Under the pieces are notes generated by a model. It was not told the origin of the DNA. It was given only the letters and a program-made list of their open reading frames with translations, and ran no database searches. Positions 10,544-20,160 of a stretch of 64,000 nt of DNA are shown piece by piece. The DNA is from Methanobacteriota archaeon (GTDB lineage: Archaea; Thermoplasmatota; Poseidoniia; Poseidoniales; Poseidoniaceae): assembly GCA_004195635.1 (NCBI GenBank), contig PSPT01000003.1:38146-102145 (forward strand). The letters run 5' to 3'. The position numbers and the translations under genes are program-made. Position 1 is the stretch's first letter. Each line of letters starts with the position of its first letter.

Positions 10544-11338
10544 GTGAAAAGTATTGAAGGCCGCCATCCTTACCCTTTGTACATGAGTGATGTTGAAGCG
10601 CAGAAGGAAGCCGCTGGAATTGCTGCTTGCGAGGTCGTCAAAACCGGAATGAATGTTGGCTTGGGTACCGGCTCAACTGTGAAGTACACGGTAATTGAAT
10701 TGGGACGGCGTATCGCAGAAGAAGGTTTAGAAATCATTGGTGTGCCTACCAGCATAGCAACTGAAAAACTTGCACTTGAAGTAGGCATCCCTTTAGCCGA
10801 CCTCGGAGATTTGGAAGGTTTGGATGTGGTAATTGACGGAACTGATGAATTTGATGGTGATTTTCAATTAATCAAGGGTGGTGGTGGAGCCCTACTTAGA
10901 GAAAAAATAGTTGCTCAAGCATCTGCCTCAATGATCGTTGTTGCTGATGGGCGAAAGAAAGTGAATACCTTAGGGGAATTCCCATTACCCATTGAAATAA
11001 CTCCTTTTTCTTGGGTCGAAACCAAGCGTCAGTTATCCATTTTATTTGCCACAGAAGGTTTTATTGGCGACATAACACTGAGGAGAAAGAAAGAACTTGG
11101 AACTGTATCCTGTGACGGTGTTGAATTCCCTGCAAATGAAAAGGGGGGAGTATTTGTTACAGACAATGGAAATGTAATTTTGGATTGCCATTTTGGAGCG
11201 AGTATTGTTGACCCAATTGGACTTGAAACGGCAATTCTTTCAAAAGCCGGCGTTGCCCAAGTAGGCCTGTTTAACAATATGTGTGATGCAGTATATTTGG
11301 CTGACCCAGCCGGAGTTCAAATTCTTCGCAAAAACTGA
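10544..11338 (+). CDS. rpiA: Ribose-5-phosphate isomerase A
   Basis: Motifs GLGTGST, DGTDE, KGGGGALLREK and the overall length match RpiA. The true start may be the internal Met at about 10583. Confidence 0.85.
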   Translation: MKSIEGRHPYPLYMSDVEAQKEAAGIAACEVVKTGMNVGLGTGSTVKYTVIELGRRIAEEGLEIIGVPTSIATEKLALEVGIPLADLGDLEGLDVVIDGTDEFDGDFQLIKGGGGALLREKIVAQASASMIVVADGRKKVNTLGEFPLPIEITPFSWVETKRQLSILFATEGFIGDITLRRKKELGTVSCDGVEFPANEKGGVFVTDNGNVILDCHFGASIVDPIGLETAILSKAGVAQVGLFNNMCDAVYLADPAGVQILRKN

Positions 11339-11458
11339 GTATGGCCCTAAGTTCAACTTGAATGTGAAGCATTTACGGCTTTGTTTTCCACCGCATTTAA
11401 AGGCTTTACTTATGCTCAGAATATTATTTTGACGGAAGGCTCGGAGTGTTGGAGGAAA

Positions 11459-11532
11459 CGGGTCTGACGGGGTTCGAACCCGCGGCCACCTGGTTAAGAG
11501 CCAGGTGCTCTACCTGACTAAGCTACAGACCC
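11459..11532 (-). tRNA. tRNA-Lys (anticodon CUU)
   Basis: Minus-strand sequence GGGTCTGTAGCTTAGTCAGGTAGAGCACCTGGCTCTTAACCAGGTGGCCGCGGGTTCGAACCCCGTCAGACCCG folds as a cloverleaf. Acceptor GGGTCTG/CAGACCC, anticodon stem CCTGG/CCAGG with loop CUCUUAA (anticodon CUU), T-loop TTCGAAC. No encoded CCA. Confidence 0.9.
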
Positions 11533-11553
11533 AATCCCTGCGGCAAGCCTCTA

Positions 11554-11566
11554 CCCTTTAGAAATA
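11554..11566 (-). promoter_or_regulatory. Putative archaeal TATA-like box (TTTCTAAAGGG) 22-34 nt upstream of tRNA-Lys(CUU)
   Basis: AT-rich element followed by a GGG run at the expected distance from the tRNA 5' end. A similar element (ATGAAAAGGGG) lies at the same distance upstream of tRNA-Pro. Confidence 0.3.
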
Positions 11567-11683
11567 GCGGTTGCATTTTCACCTTGAAATGTATGCAGTT
11601 GATGATAGGAAAATTTGCTGCCTTAGAATATGCTCACTTGGGTCTCAGCCAGAACGCACTTCTATGCGATGAAAAATCGGCTA

Positions 11684-13018
11684 TTATGGAGTTACGCGGC
11701 GAGAATCTCGAGGGAACGGAATTACTTCTCGTATATGTTCTGCGCCTGAAAGCCAACTAATGACACGGTCAACACCAAGGCCGAAACCGCCGTGAGGAAC
11801 ACCACCAAAGCGGCGTACATCAATGTAAAACTCATAGGCGTCACGTGGAGTTCCTTCTTCATCAATTCGCCGCAATATTTCCTCCTCAGACCAAGTGCGC
11901 TCGCCGCCGCCAATAATTTCACCATAGCCTTCAGGTGCGAGTAGATCGTGGCATAACACATACTTTTCATCATCAGGGTCAACTCTGTGATAGAATGGTT
12001 TGGCGACCTTTGGATAGTGAGTAAGGAAGTGTGGTACATCAAAATCCTGAGTTAAGATTTTCTCCTTGGAATAATCTAAATCTTGACCCCATTCAATATC
12101 AACATCCATGCCTTGCAAAGTCTCGACAGCCTCATCATAGCGCATTCTAGGGTACGGGTTATCTGCATATCTGGCAATTAATTCCAAATCCCTCCCCAAA
12201 CTTTCTAACTCGGGGGTGCGCTCATCAAGGAATGTCTGTGCAATGTGCCGGACTAACCCTTCGCCCTGTTCCATAATGTCATTATTTCCTGCCCAAGCCA
12301 TTTCCATTTCGGCATGCCAAAACTCGGTTAAGTGGCGACGTGTGCGTGATTTTTCTGCGCGGAAAGATGGAGCGATTGTGTAAAGTTTCTCAAGAGCAGG
12401 CATTGCTGCTTCAGCATATAATTGCCAAGATTGGGTTAGATAGACATCTTTGCGGCCGAAATATGGAACTTCAAACAGAGTGCTTCCACCTTCAACTGCT
12501 CCAGCGACAAAACAAGGCGCTTGATATTCAATGAAATCAGAATCACGGAAGTAAGAATGAATGGCACCAAATGCACTACTTCGCAGTTTGAGCATGGTAG
12601 TCATCCTGCTAGTACGAAGGTACAAGTGTCGGTTGTCCAGTAAGAATTCGGTTTCTCCACCATCTGCATTCTCCATTGCTGATTGGGTAATTGGAAAAGG
12701 GTTTTCCGGGTTAACTGGCCCGACAATAGTTGCACTTGAAACAACAATTTCATGACCACCTGGGGCCCGCTCATCAACATTAACGTGACCGTTAAGAATT
12801 ACACTTGACTCAATTAATGCGCCTTTTAATCCTTCAAAAATCTCATCTCCAACTGTGTCGCGCTTAGCAACACACTGAATCGTACCTGTTGAATCACGAA
12901 GGACAATAAAGCGGATTTTATTTGAACCGCGGGTGCGATAAATCCAGCCCTTTAGTTCAACTTCTTGGCCGTCATACATACCCGACTGAACCTCACCAAC
13001 CCAATGCGACTTCACCAT
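11684..13018 (-). CDS. aspS: Aspartate--tRNA ligase, archaeal/eukaryal class IIb type (possibly non-discriminating)
   Basis: N-terminal OB anticodon-binding domain (VELKGWIYRTRGSNKIRFIVLRD). Class II motifs FRAEKSRTRRHLTEFWHAEME (motif 2) and GGGERTWSEEEI / GGFGLGVDR (motif 3). About 440 aa, as in archaeal AspRS. Confidence 0.8.
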   Translation of the reverse strand: MVKSHWVGEVQSGMYDGQEVELKGWIYRTRGSNKIRFIVLRDSTGTIQCVAKRDTVGDEIFEGLKGALIESSVILNGHVNVDERAPGGHEIVVSSATIVGPVNPENPFPITQSAMENADGGETEFLLDNRHLYLRTSRMTTMLKLRSSAFGAIHSYFRDSDFIEYQAPCFVAGAVEGGSTLFEVPYFGRKDVYLTQSWQLYAEAAMPALEKLYTIAPSFRAEKSRTRRHLTEFWHAEMEMAWAGNNDIMEQGEGLVRHIAQTFLDERTPELESLGRDLELIARYADNPYPRMRYDEAVETLQGMDVDIEWGQDLDYSKEKILTQDFDVPHFLTHYPKVAKPFYHRVDPDDEKYVLCHDLLAPEGYGEIIGGGERTWSEEEILRRIDEEGTPRDAYEFYIDVRRFGGVPHGGFGLGVDRVISWLSGAEHIREVIPFPRDSRRVTP

Positions 13019-13278
13019 GAAAGACTCTCCTAAGCCTTGCCAGCCAGCCTCCTCTCTTGAAGGGTGTGGTTTTGCAATGAGGTAATTATGAGTTGAGTGT
13101 TTTCATGTCTGCATCACCGGTTTGCTGAAACATGCATGTATTCTAATTCCATTTCCATTGTCAACATTTGTCAAGTAAGACAACTAGATTTTATTGACCT
13201 GAGGTAATCTCATGTAAAAGTATCTTTTACGAAGCACAATTATGTAAGGTTCTTGAGGAGAGCAACCTAGCCAATGCC

Positions 13279-14265
13279 GTGGGAAGTAGCGAAACTTCTA
13301 AAGGCGGCCGAATCCGAATTGCAATTTATGCAATCGGAGGAAATGCTCTTTCTAATCCAAAGGGTGGAGATATTAAGGCTCAATCTCTTGCTCTTGCCAA
13401 GGTTCTCTCAGACATTGTGGATTTGCTTGAATCAGGTTATAGAGTCGTAGTTACTCATGGAAATGGCCCACAAGTTGGCGACCTATTGATGCTTGAAGAA
13501 AGGGCTACTCGAAATGATAGTAAAGATATCTCAGCCAGCACGTTTGTACGTAAGCGCATTGGTTTGGATTCATGGGTTGCGGCAACACAGGGAATGATTG
13601 GTCACGAATTAGCACTTAATTTGGAGTCAGTATTGCACAGGCGGGCACGTCCAGAAAGAACTGCAGTCGTCCTAACAAGAGTTGAGGTTAACCCCTCGGA
13701 CCCAGCATTTGACTTCCCAACAAAGCCCATAGGTCCCATTCTTTCCGACAAGGCAGTAATGAGTGAAGATTGGGATATTGCTGCAACTGCTAATGGTGCT
13801 CGTCGCGTAGTCGCCTCACCGAAACCGATTTCAATATTGGATTCAGAATTAATTCACACATTGGTACGTGAAGGAGCAGTCGTTTTTTGCGGCGGTGGCG
13901 GTGGCATCCCTGTTATTCGAAAGGAAAGCCATTGGGTTGGCATCCCTGCGGTTATTGATAAGGACCGATTGTCGGCCCTCTTAGCAATTGAATTGAATGC
14001 TGACCTATTTGTAATTAGTACGGCAATTGATTCACTACGAATCAACTTTGGTCAGCCAAACGAGGAAGTACTTACTCAACTAACTTGTCAACAAGCCGAA
14101 GCCGGCGTGAGTTCTGGAGAATTTCCCGCCGGTAGCATGGGTCCGAAAGTTGAGGCAATGGCTTGGGCGAAGATTTCCCTACCCGAATGTAAAGTGCTAA
14201 TGTGCCAACCGGGTGATGCAATGAAAGCAGTTCGCGGCATCACGGGCACGACATTGCAAAACTAA
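13279..14265 (+). CDS. arcC: Carbamate kinase (amino-acid kinase family)
   Basis: IAIGGNAL and VVTHGNGPQVG signature motifs. About 328 aa. The start codon is GTG as reported by the track. Confidence 0.8.
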   Translation: MGSSETSKGGRIRIAIYAIGGNALSNPKGGDIKAQSLALAKVLSDIVDLLESGYRVVVTHGNGPQVGDLLMLEERATRNDSKDISASTFVRKRIGLDSWVAATQGMIGHELALNLESVLHRRARPERTAVVLTRVEVNPSDPAFDFPTKPIGPILSDKAVMSEDWDIAATANGARRVVASPKPISILDSELIHTLVREGAVVFCGGGGGIPVIRKESHWVGIPAVIDKDRLSALLAIELNADLFVISTAIDSLRINFGQPNEEVLTQLTCQQAEAGVSSGEFPAGSMGPKVEAMAWAKISLPECKVLMCQPGDAMKAVRGITGTTLQN

Positions 14266-14357
14266 TCTACTGACCTCAGTGCCCCAATGAATGGTTATCT
14301 TTGAGTGAGGGTCTTTGGAGAACCTTTCAAAAAGTCATGGATTTTGGGAACTTCGAC

Positions 14358-15131
14358 CTATTTTGTGCCGAGGTAATTGTGAATAGCATCTGCAACTAAT
14401 GCGAGGTCTTTTTCCTCAATGATGAGATCGGAATGCTCAGCAGTTCGCTCATCCCATGGATTGAAATTGATTGCATACCCACTTTGAGTGAACATGGCGA
14501 TATCCCCTGGCGAATCACCAATTGAAACTGTTCTCTCGTAAGTGACACCCAATCGGCGCTGCAACATTTGAACGATTGCGTTTTTTCCACCCATTTGCAC
14601 TTGGTAGCGTCCCGTAGTTGGAATACTACCATCGTGATTTGACAACCATCCATTTGTGAAAACATGCAGACGAGTGTCCATTCCCCCGGCAAGGACTCTT
14701 GAGTTGTGGGGGTCTATTCCACCCCAGCGCTTTTGCCATTTTGAATTGGAAGGGAAAGCACAAGATATCTGTCTAGCAGTCTGTTGCATCCCACCCGAAA
14801 TAATTGCCACCTCCAAATCAGCATTCAACAAGGAGTCAATACATTCCCTCCAGCCCTTCATTAGTGGGGCATCTTCAATCCAGCCACGTAAATGTTCATC
14901 GCGCAATTCTTCTCCAAGCATTTTCATGCAACCATCCTTTATCAGAGCCAAATCAAGAATTATCCAATCCCATTCATCCAACTTGCCAGAATTATATAGA
15001 GCGAATGCCTCATCGTTATTTACGCCTAATTTATCATAGACCCATTGCCAATTTGACATGTGGTCAATCAATACACGATCCATGTCAAAACAGACTAAAC
15101 CCTGAGCCAAAAAATTCACTCCTTTGGCCAT
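14358..15131 (-). CDS. HAD-superfamily hydrolase (phosphoserine-phosphatase-like)
   Basis: HAD motif I CFDMDRVLID near the N-terminus and a C-terminal GDSPGD-type motif IV (SIGDSPGDIAM). Confidence 0.7.
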   Translation of the reverse strand: MAKGVNFLAQGLVCFDMDRVLIDHMSNWQWVYDKLGVNNDEAFALYNSGKLDEWDWIILDLALIKDGCMKMLGEELRDEHLRGWIEDAPLMKGWRECIDSLLNADLEVAIISGGMQQTARQISCAFPSNSKWQKRWGGIDPHNSRVLAGGMDTRLHVFTNGWLSNHDGSIPTTGRYQVQMGGKNAIVQMLQRRLGVTYERTVSIGDSPGDIAMFTQSGYAINFNPWDERTAEHSDLIIEEKDLALVADAIHNYLGTK

Positions 15132-15943
15132 TCTTGGTGTTGAAGTTGAACCTGTTTCACTTGCTTGCCAAGAATGTATAAAATGATCGCAATCATCATC
15201 GCCAACAATCCTACGATTGTGACGACAAAGGTGGCTAATGCAACCCCTAAACTGACTGAATTTATTTCTTCAAAAGATGAGATGACATCCCTCGATAAAA
15301 GGTACCCAACGGTAAAAAGTACTATCCCTGGCACACCGAAAGAAATCAGGGGATGACGACTTTCTATCATCCAATAAAATAGTTGGGCGAAGCGTGATGC
15401 GGTTGCGAGGCTCTCTCTTTGATTTACCGCTACACTTGTATTTTTCCTGATCACACGTACGAGTAATTCCTTGGGTAATTCCATGGGAAGGTCATGTGGG
15501 CCGGCGGCAGCCAATGCTGCTATCCCAGCGGGAGATGCAGATAATGTATGGAATATAGCGTCAGCATATGTTAGGGCCTCAGAAGCAATTGAATTTTCAT
15601 CCTTTGGATTGGATTTGAAGACTAACAGTACATCAGTTAATCCACGTGCTTGATTCACCCCTACTGGTAAATCGCGTAACTTCCACTCGAAGTCTAAATT
15701 TACTACAAGTGTATTACCATCAAATTCCTCTTCATCAAGAATTACTGCAACTTCAGGAAGACATGAATCGGGGTGCATCTCATGAACTTTTACCCCTTCC
15801 TCAATTGCCAATTGTTTTGACTCATCCTTGCTATCGAAATCAAAGATGTGAATGTTGTCAGAAAAATCTCTTGCCCGAGCAATTGCACTAACGATACGTA
15901 GGTCCTGCTCTTTGACAACAAAGGCAATCCGAACTGCTCGCAT
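15116..15943 (-). CDS. Hypothetical membrane protein (soluble N-terminal domain plus two C-terminal TM helices)
   Basis: ORF whose stop overlaps the start of the HAD gene. The C-terminal hydrophobic pair resembles the anchor of polyprenyl-phosphate sugar transferases, but no catalytic motif was recognised. Confidence 0.4.
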   Translation of the reverse strand: MRAVRIAFVVKEQDLRIVSAIARARDFSDNIHIFDFDSKDESKQLAIEEGVKVHEMHPDSCLPEVAVILDEEEFDGNTLVVNLDFEWKLRDLPVGVNQARGLTDVLLVFKSNPKDENSIASEALTYADAIFHTLSASPAGIAALAAAGPHDLPMELPKELLVRVIRKNTSVAVNQRESLATASRFAQLFYWMIESRHPLISFGVPGIVLFTVGYLLSRDVISSFEEINSVSLGVALATFVVTIVGLLAMMIAIILYILGKQVKQVQLQHQEWPKE

Positions 15944-16020
15944 GCCCTCCTGTCATACCTCATCTTTGTCAAGCCTTCGTAGGGACAAGGCCAAAGCAGA
16001 AGGATTGCCGCCCCCTCAAT

Positions 16021-17106
16021 ATGCACCACGGCTGGGCGGTAGGCGTCATCATACCTGCCCGTGATGAGGCTAATCATATTGCTTCACTGATAGTGCAAAT
16101 ACCTCAATGGGTTGATGCAATAATCTGTGTGGATGATGAATCAACCGATAATACTAGAGAAGTGGCAATGAAAGCAGCAGCGAGAAAAAAAGACGATGGG
16201 TGGGGAGGCCTTTTTCACTGCATCAATAATTCCTCTTTGCTGGGCGCAAGGGGTGAAAAAATACGCACAGGAGTGGGCGCTTCAATTGATAACGGGCAAC
16301 AAAAACTTCTTGAATTAGCCGAGGAAAAAAGATGGGCAGATGGTAAGCCCTGGTTAACTGTGATAATGGATGGAGATGGGCAGATGGACCCCTTGGACTT
16401 ACCCGTACTTGTGGCACCAATCATCAAGAATGAGGCGGAAATGACCAAGGGAAATCGCAGGGCAGGACCACAGGGATTTGGAAAAATGCCTATGCGGAGA
16501 AGGTTAGGGACGGTATTTCTAAAACACCTAACTAATTTGGCAAGTGGAAGAAAATTAGAGGACCCACAATGCGGTTATGTGGCGCTAAGTCATACGGCGA
16601 TAAAAGAATGGGATTTTAGCAAACGGTGGGACGGATATGGTTACCCAAACCATCGCATCCTAATGTCCAGCGATAAATTGTGGAGAATTACAGAAATCCC
16701 AGTTAGTTCTATTTACGAGGGGCAAAAATCAGGAGTCAAAATTTGGCGATTTTTGCCAAAAGTAGCCTGCCTTCTGTGGTCCGGTTTGATGAAAAGGGGT
16801 AGTCAATGGTACATTTGGCAACCTCTGCAAAAATTAACACATAGGTCGAAAGAAGGGGAAGGGCAATTAGAGGCAAGGAAGCCTTTTTATCCAATCCATG
16901 GAATGAAGGAGATTCTTCTTTCAACTGCCTTTTTCTTCGGATGGATTTCATTGGGGATTGGCGGCTTTTTCCTTTACCGGGGAGATTCTAGAGCCTTGCT
17001 GCTTCCTATTCTAGGCATCGTGGCTTTCTGGCTTGCCCGCCTTGCCGATAAGATATTCATTGAACAGAAACTCTTGCAACGGCATTATGAACGCAATAAT
17101 GAATGA
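16021..17106 (+). CDS. Glycosyltransferase family 2 with C-terminal TM helices
   Basis: VGVIIPARDEANHI, CVDDESTDNT and IMDGDGQMDP GT-A motifs, plus a C-terminal hydrophobic domain. Confidence 0.8.
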   Translation: MHHGWAVGVIIPARDEANHIASLIVQIPQWVDAIICVDDESTDNTREVAMKAAARKKDDGWGGLFHCINNSSLLGARGEKIRTGVGASIDNGQQKLLELAEEKRWADGKPWLTVIMDGDGQMDPLDLPVLVAPIIKNEAEMTKGNRRAGPQGFGKMPMRRRLGTVFLKHLTNLASGRKLEDPQCGYVALSHTAIKEWDFSKRWDGYGYPNHRILMSSDKLWRITEIPVSSIYEGQKSGVKIWRFLPKVACLLWSGLMKRGSQWYIWQPLQKLTHRSKEGEGQLEARKPFYPIHGMKEILLSTAFFFGWISLGIGGFFLYRGDSRALLLPILGIVAFWLARLADKIFIEQKLLQRHYERNNE

Positions 17107-17212
17107 AAAATATCTCCACAAACTCAACCCAAGTATGTAGGCGGATAGATGATTGGAGGGAACTCTATAGAATTTGGGAATGTTGAAGGGTTGAGTCAGC
17201 CTGCAAAGCAAT

Positions 17213-18007
17213 ATGTGGGGAGGGAGTAAAGAAATTCTCTTAGCCTACAAAAGCGACCTCAGCAATAATAGTCAGAAGACTCTTTGGGCAACCAGTCTGA
17301 CATTATTGGCCATTTTCTCCTTCTATGACTTGCAAATCGCACAGGCAATCAACCAACCTGCAAGTGGATTTGGCAATTTTCTCGCTGACTTCGGACTTAT
17401 TCTTGGACACATCCTAATTATCTGTGCAGCGATCATTTATTCCTTTCAAAATACAAAAAACGCAAAGATTTTTGCAACCTTAATTTTGCTCTTTGAGGCA
17501 TATTTGGTAAATGTGAATTATGGAGCAGTTGGCGGCACTGCAACTATTATTTTGTCCTTCATTGTAGCGAAGTTCTTTTTTCTGGCAAATCCACAATTGA
17601 CTCATCCGAATATAAAAACTGGCGCTAAATATTTGTGCATCTCAGCCTTAGTTTACCCCTTTATTTTTGTACATTCACTAAAGGTAGTTTGGGGACGAAT
17701 CCGATTTAGAAACCTCTCAACCGACTATTTAGAATTCTCAAGATGGTTTGAACCACAAGGAGTCACAGGCGGACATTCCTTCCCATCAGGACATACAGCG
17801 ATGGGGGTAATGGCTTGTTATGTAATACTATTACTTCCTAAAAAATACCATACTACCGCTCTTCTGCTGACTGTTCCTTGGGCTTTGGCCGTTGGCGCAT
17901 CACGAATGATTATTGGTGCACATTATGCAAGTGATGTGACTTTTTCATTGTTAATTGGTTTCAGCATCTTGTTGTTTCTAAATCGAAAACTCAACGAAAC
18001 CGTATGA
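17213..18007 (+). CDS. PAP2-family membrane phosphatase (candidate polyprenyl-pyrophosphate phosphatase)
   Basis: PAP2 signature motifs PSGH (FPSGHTAMG) and SRxxxxxHxxxD (SRMIIGAHYASDV) within a six-helix membrane protein. Confidence 0.75.
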   Translation: MWGGSKEILLAYKSDLSNNSQKTLWATSLTLLAIFSFYDLQIAQAINQPASGFGNFLADFGLILGHILIICAAIIYSFQNTKNAKIFATLILLFEAYLVNVNYGAVGGTATIILSFIVAKFFFLANPQLTHPNIKTGAKYLCISALVYPFIFVHSLKVVWGRIRFRNLSTDYLEFSRWFEPQGVTGGHSFPSGHTAMGVMACYVILLLPKKYHTTALLLTVPWALAVGASRMIIGAHYASDVTFSLLIGFSILLFLNRKLNETV

Positions 18008-18064
18008 GGAAATGGTAATCCGCAATCCATTTGCATCATACAATAGTTAGTGGTTGTCTGCGAA

Positions 18065-19501
18065 TCATCCAACATTTGCAACAGTTGGAGTCTGGTCTGC
18101 GTAGAGGAATTCAAGATACGCAGCCCACATCACAAATTCAATACTATTCTCTAATTCCTCTTGGCCTCCAACCATTTGCACCATGTTGTCAAGTGTGTCA
18201 GAGGGACTATGATAGGCATCGTAATCATCATCATATGCGCCAAGATGGAAAATTGTCTGGGCACCGAGATTTCTAAAAGTAACGTGGTCTGAACGACCAA
18301 AAGTATCCTCATGAACGTCAAGAGTCAAATTCTCATGCTCACCCCAGTGCTGGTCACAACCAGCGCCATAAGTGCCATCAATAGTCAAGTTTTTTGGCGC
18401 TTGAAGGATGTCAAAGTGTATGTATTCCATAACTTCTGTAATCGGTTGTTCAACCACCTCTGGGTCTTCATCGGGCCCACTCCAAGCATGGTATGGGTAA
18501 GGCTCACCAGTCGGTTTGAGAGCTGGCCAAGAAACACCCATCATATCCATATTTATGTAAAAGCGTAATTCTTTATCGTGTGGTAAGCAATAATCACAAT
18601 CATTAGTTGCAAAAGCCGAAGAACCTCGCAAGCCTTCTTCTTCAGAAGACCAAAGGCCGAGGAAAGTGTCGCATTCCACTTCCATGTTGACTAATTCGCG
18701 AGCGAAAAGCATCATTGAAACTGTTCCTGCCGTGTTATCGTATGCACCCTCGTAAGTACCTCCTCCTGGTGGGCCTCCCGGTGGAGCGATGTCCATGTGT
18801 GCACCCATGCCCTGCACACACTCGCTTGAGCGTCCGCGCTTCCAAGCGATGATGTTAACCGATTCGGGTTGAGTTGGATTTAGATGATCGATGACGCGTA
18901 AAATATGAGTTTCATAGCCAAGACCTTCAAAGTGTCCTTGGAAAAAAGATACCGCCCTTTCAAATGCTGGATTTGGCGTTCCCATCCATCTGTTAATATA
19001 GCCACCACATTCAGTTGAATCACTGCATACACTTGTGATGAAATCCATTTTTTCAAACCAATCTTTACCAGATATTATTGGGTCGCCAGCAACTATTTCC
19101 AATTTCATTGATTTGCCATTTACTTCAATGCTGACATTTCCAGTGGTTGTTGGTGGAACCATTATTTGTCCGTGGACATCGGTTCCATTTGCTACTATTT
19201 GACCCGAGAGAATGACACTGCCATTAACGATTAGAATTATTATCGCAGGAACTTGGATTGCTATGTCACCCCGCATAATGAAATCATGAGTTTCCCCACT
19301 GCGCAAGGGGTTCTCACCCGCCGGAGATTGCTCAATTTCAAACTCAAACTGCTTCAAAGTGCTTGAATCTTCGCTACCGAAGCAGCCGGATAATGGGGCA
19401 CTTAGCATTATCAATACTAAGAAAACCGGGGCGATAAAGCGCTGGCTCAAAGCAGAGTGCATGATGTGGGCCTTTAGCCTCTGTGTAATGACTCTTTGCA
19501 A
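18065..19501 (-). CDS. Secreted M28-family metallopeptidase (aminopeptidase-like) with N-terminal signal/lipobox-like motif
   Basis: M28 zinc-ligand motifs: AHMD, DNTAG (DN[ST]AG), SEEEGLRGS (EE pair), NMDMMG. N-terminus is a hydrophobic stretch ending in LSGCFGSEDSS. Confidence 0.8.
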   Translation of the reverse strand: MQRVITQRLKAHIMHSALSQRFIAPVFLVLIMLSAPLSGCFGSEDSSTLKQFEFEIEQSPAGENPLRSGETHDFIMRGDIAIQVPAIIILIVNGSVILSGQIVANGTDVHGQIMVPPTTTGNVSIEVNGKSMKLEIVAGDPIISGKDWFEKMDFITSVCSDSTECGGYINRWMGTPNPAFERAVSFFQGHFEGLGYETHILRVIDHLNPTQPESVNIIAWKRGRSSECVQGMGAHMDIAPPGGPPGGGTYEGAYDNTAGTVSMMLFARELVNMEVECDTFLGLWSSEEEGLRGSSAFATNDCDYCLPHDKELRFYINMDMMGVSWPALKPTGEPYPYHAWSGPDEDPEVVEQPITEVMEYIHFDILQAPKNLTIDGTYGAGCDQHWGEHENLTLDVHEDTFGRSDHVTFRNLGAQTIFHLGAYDDDYDAYHSPSDTLDNMVQMVGGQEELENSIEFVMWAAYLEFLYADQTPTVANVG

Positions 19502-19532
19502 ACCGAGTCAATGGAGGATTCAGGTAATCTGG

Positions 19533-19607
19533 TGGGTCCGTCCGGATTTGAACCGGAGTCCAAGCGTCCCAAACGCTCGAGTATAGGCCAAGCTAACCCA
19601 CGGACCC
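19533..19607 (-). tRNA. tRNA-Pro (anticodon UGG)
   Basis: Minus-strand GGGTCCGTGGGTTAGCTTGGCCTATACTCGAGCGTTTGGGACGCTTGGACTCCGGTTCAAATCCGGACGGACCCA. Acceptor GGGTCCG/CGGACCC, anticodon loop UUUGGGA (UGG), T-loop TTCAAAT. Confidence 0.9.
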
Positions 19608-19628
19608 GTATCCACGCCGACACGCCCA

Positions 19629-19642
19629 CCCCTTTTCATATT
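19629..19642 (-). promoter_or_regulatory. Putative TATA-like box (ATATGAAAAGGGG) 22-35 nt upstream of tRNA-Pro
   Basis: Same AT-rich plus GGG architecture and spacing as upstream of tRNA-Lys(CUU). Confidence 0.3.
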
Positions 19643-20115
19643 CACTCAAGAACAACCCATGAATTATCGCTCTTTCGAAGGATGAAACCTTCGGCTTCAG
19701 CCCAATCAATAACCTCAGTTGGAGTCAGGCTAATGTTGGCATTAAAGCAGGCGGTTGCAAGGTTATCAAAAGTAACGAGGCCATTATCACCCACGGATTC
19801 TCGCAAGATATTTACCGCCATTATTGGGTCGCGCAAGTCTTTCGCATTGGGTTCTTCAAGAGGGGGTAGTTTTGATGCGAAATCAGCACGTAATTGCTCA
19901 GGCATATTAGCTATTGAAATCGCCCGTTGGAGTTCTTGAGGAGAATTGGCATGGCCGACTACCGTAATGTGAATATCGGCAGTTCGCCCACATCTAGTGC
20001 AACGAGCATTTTTGCCCTTTGCTCGGCCATAGCATTGCTTGCATCCTGGGCAAAGCAAAACATCCCAATTTGGCGGTTCCACATCTTCCGAACAATGGCG
20101 ATAGAACTCAAACAT
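19642..20115 (-). CDS. Zinc-ribbon protein with C-terminal winged-helix-like domain, unknown function
   Basis: Four-Cys cluster CPGCKQCYG...CTRCGR near the N-terminus. The C-terminal segment has an alpha/beta pattern compatible with a wHTH. Confidence 0.45.
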   Translation of the reverse strand: MFEFYRHCSEDVEPPNWDVLLCPGCKQCYGRAKGKNARCTRCGRTADIHITVVGHANSPQELQRAISIANMPEQLRADFASKLPPLEEPNAKDLRDPIMAVNILRESVGDNGLVTFDNLATACFNANISLTPTEVIDWAEAEGFILRKSDNSWVVLE

Positions 20116-20160
20116 TGCGGTTGTAAAATAATTTTACTCGTGCTTTGGATACTTGCGTGA

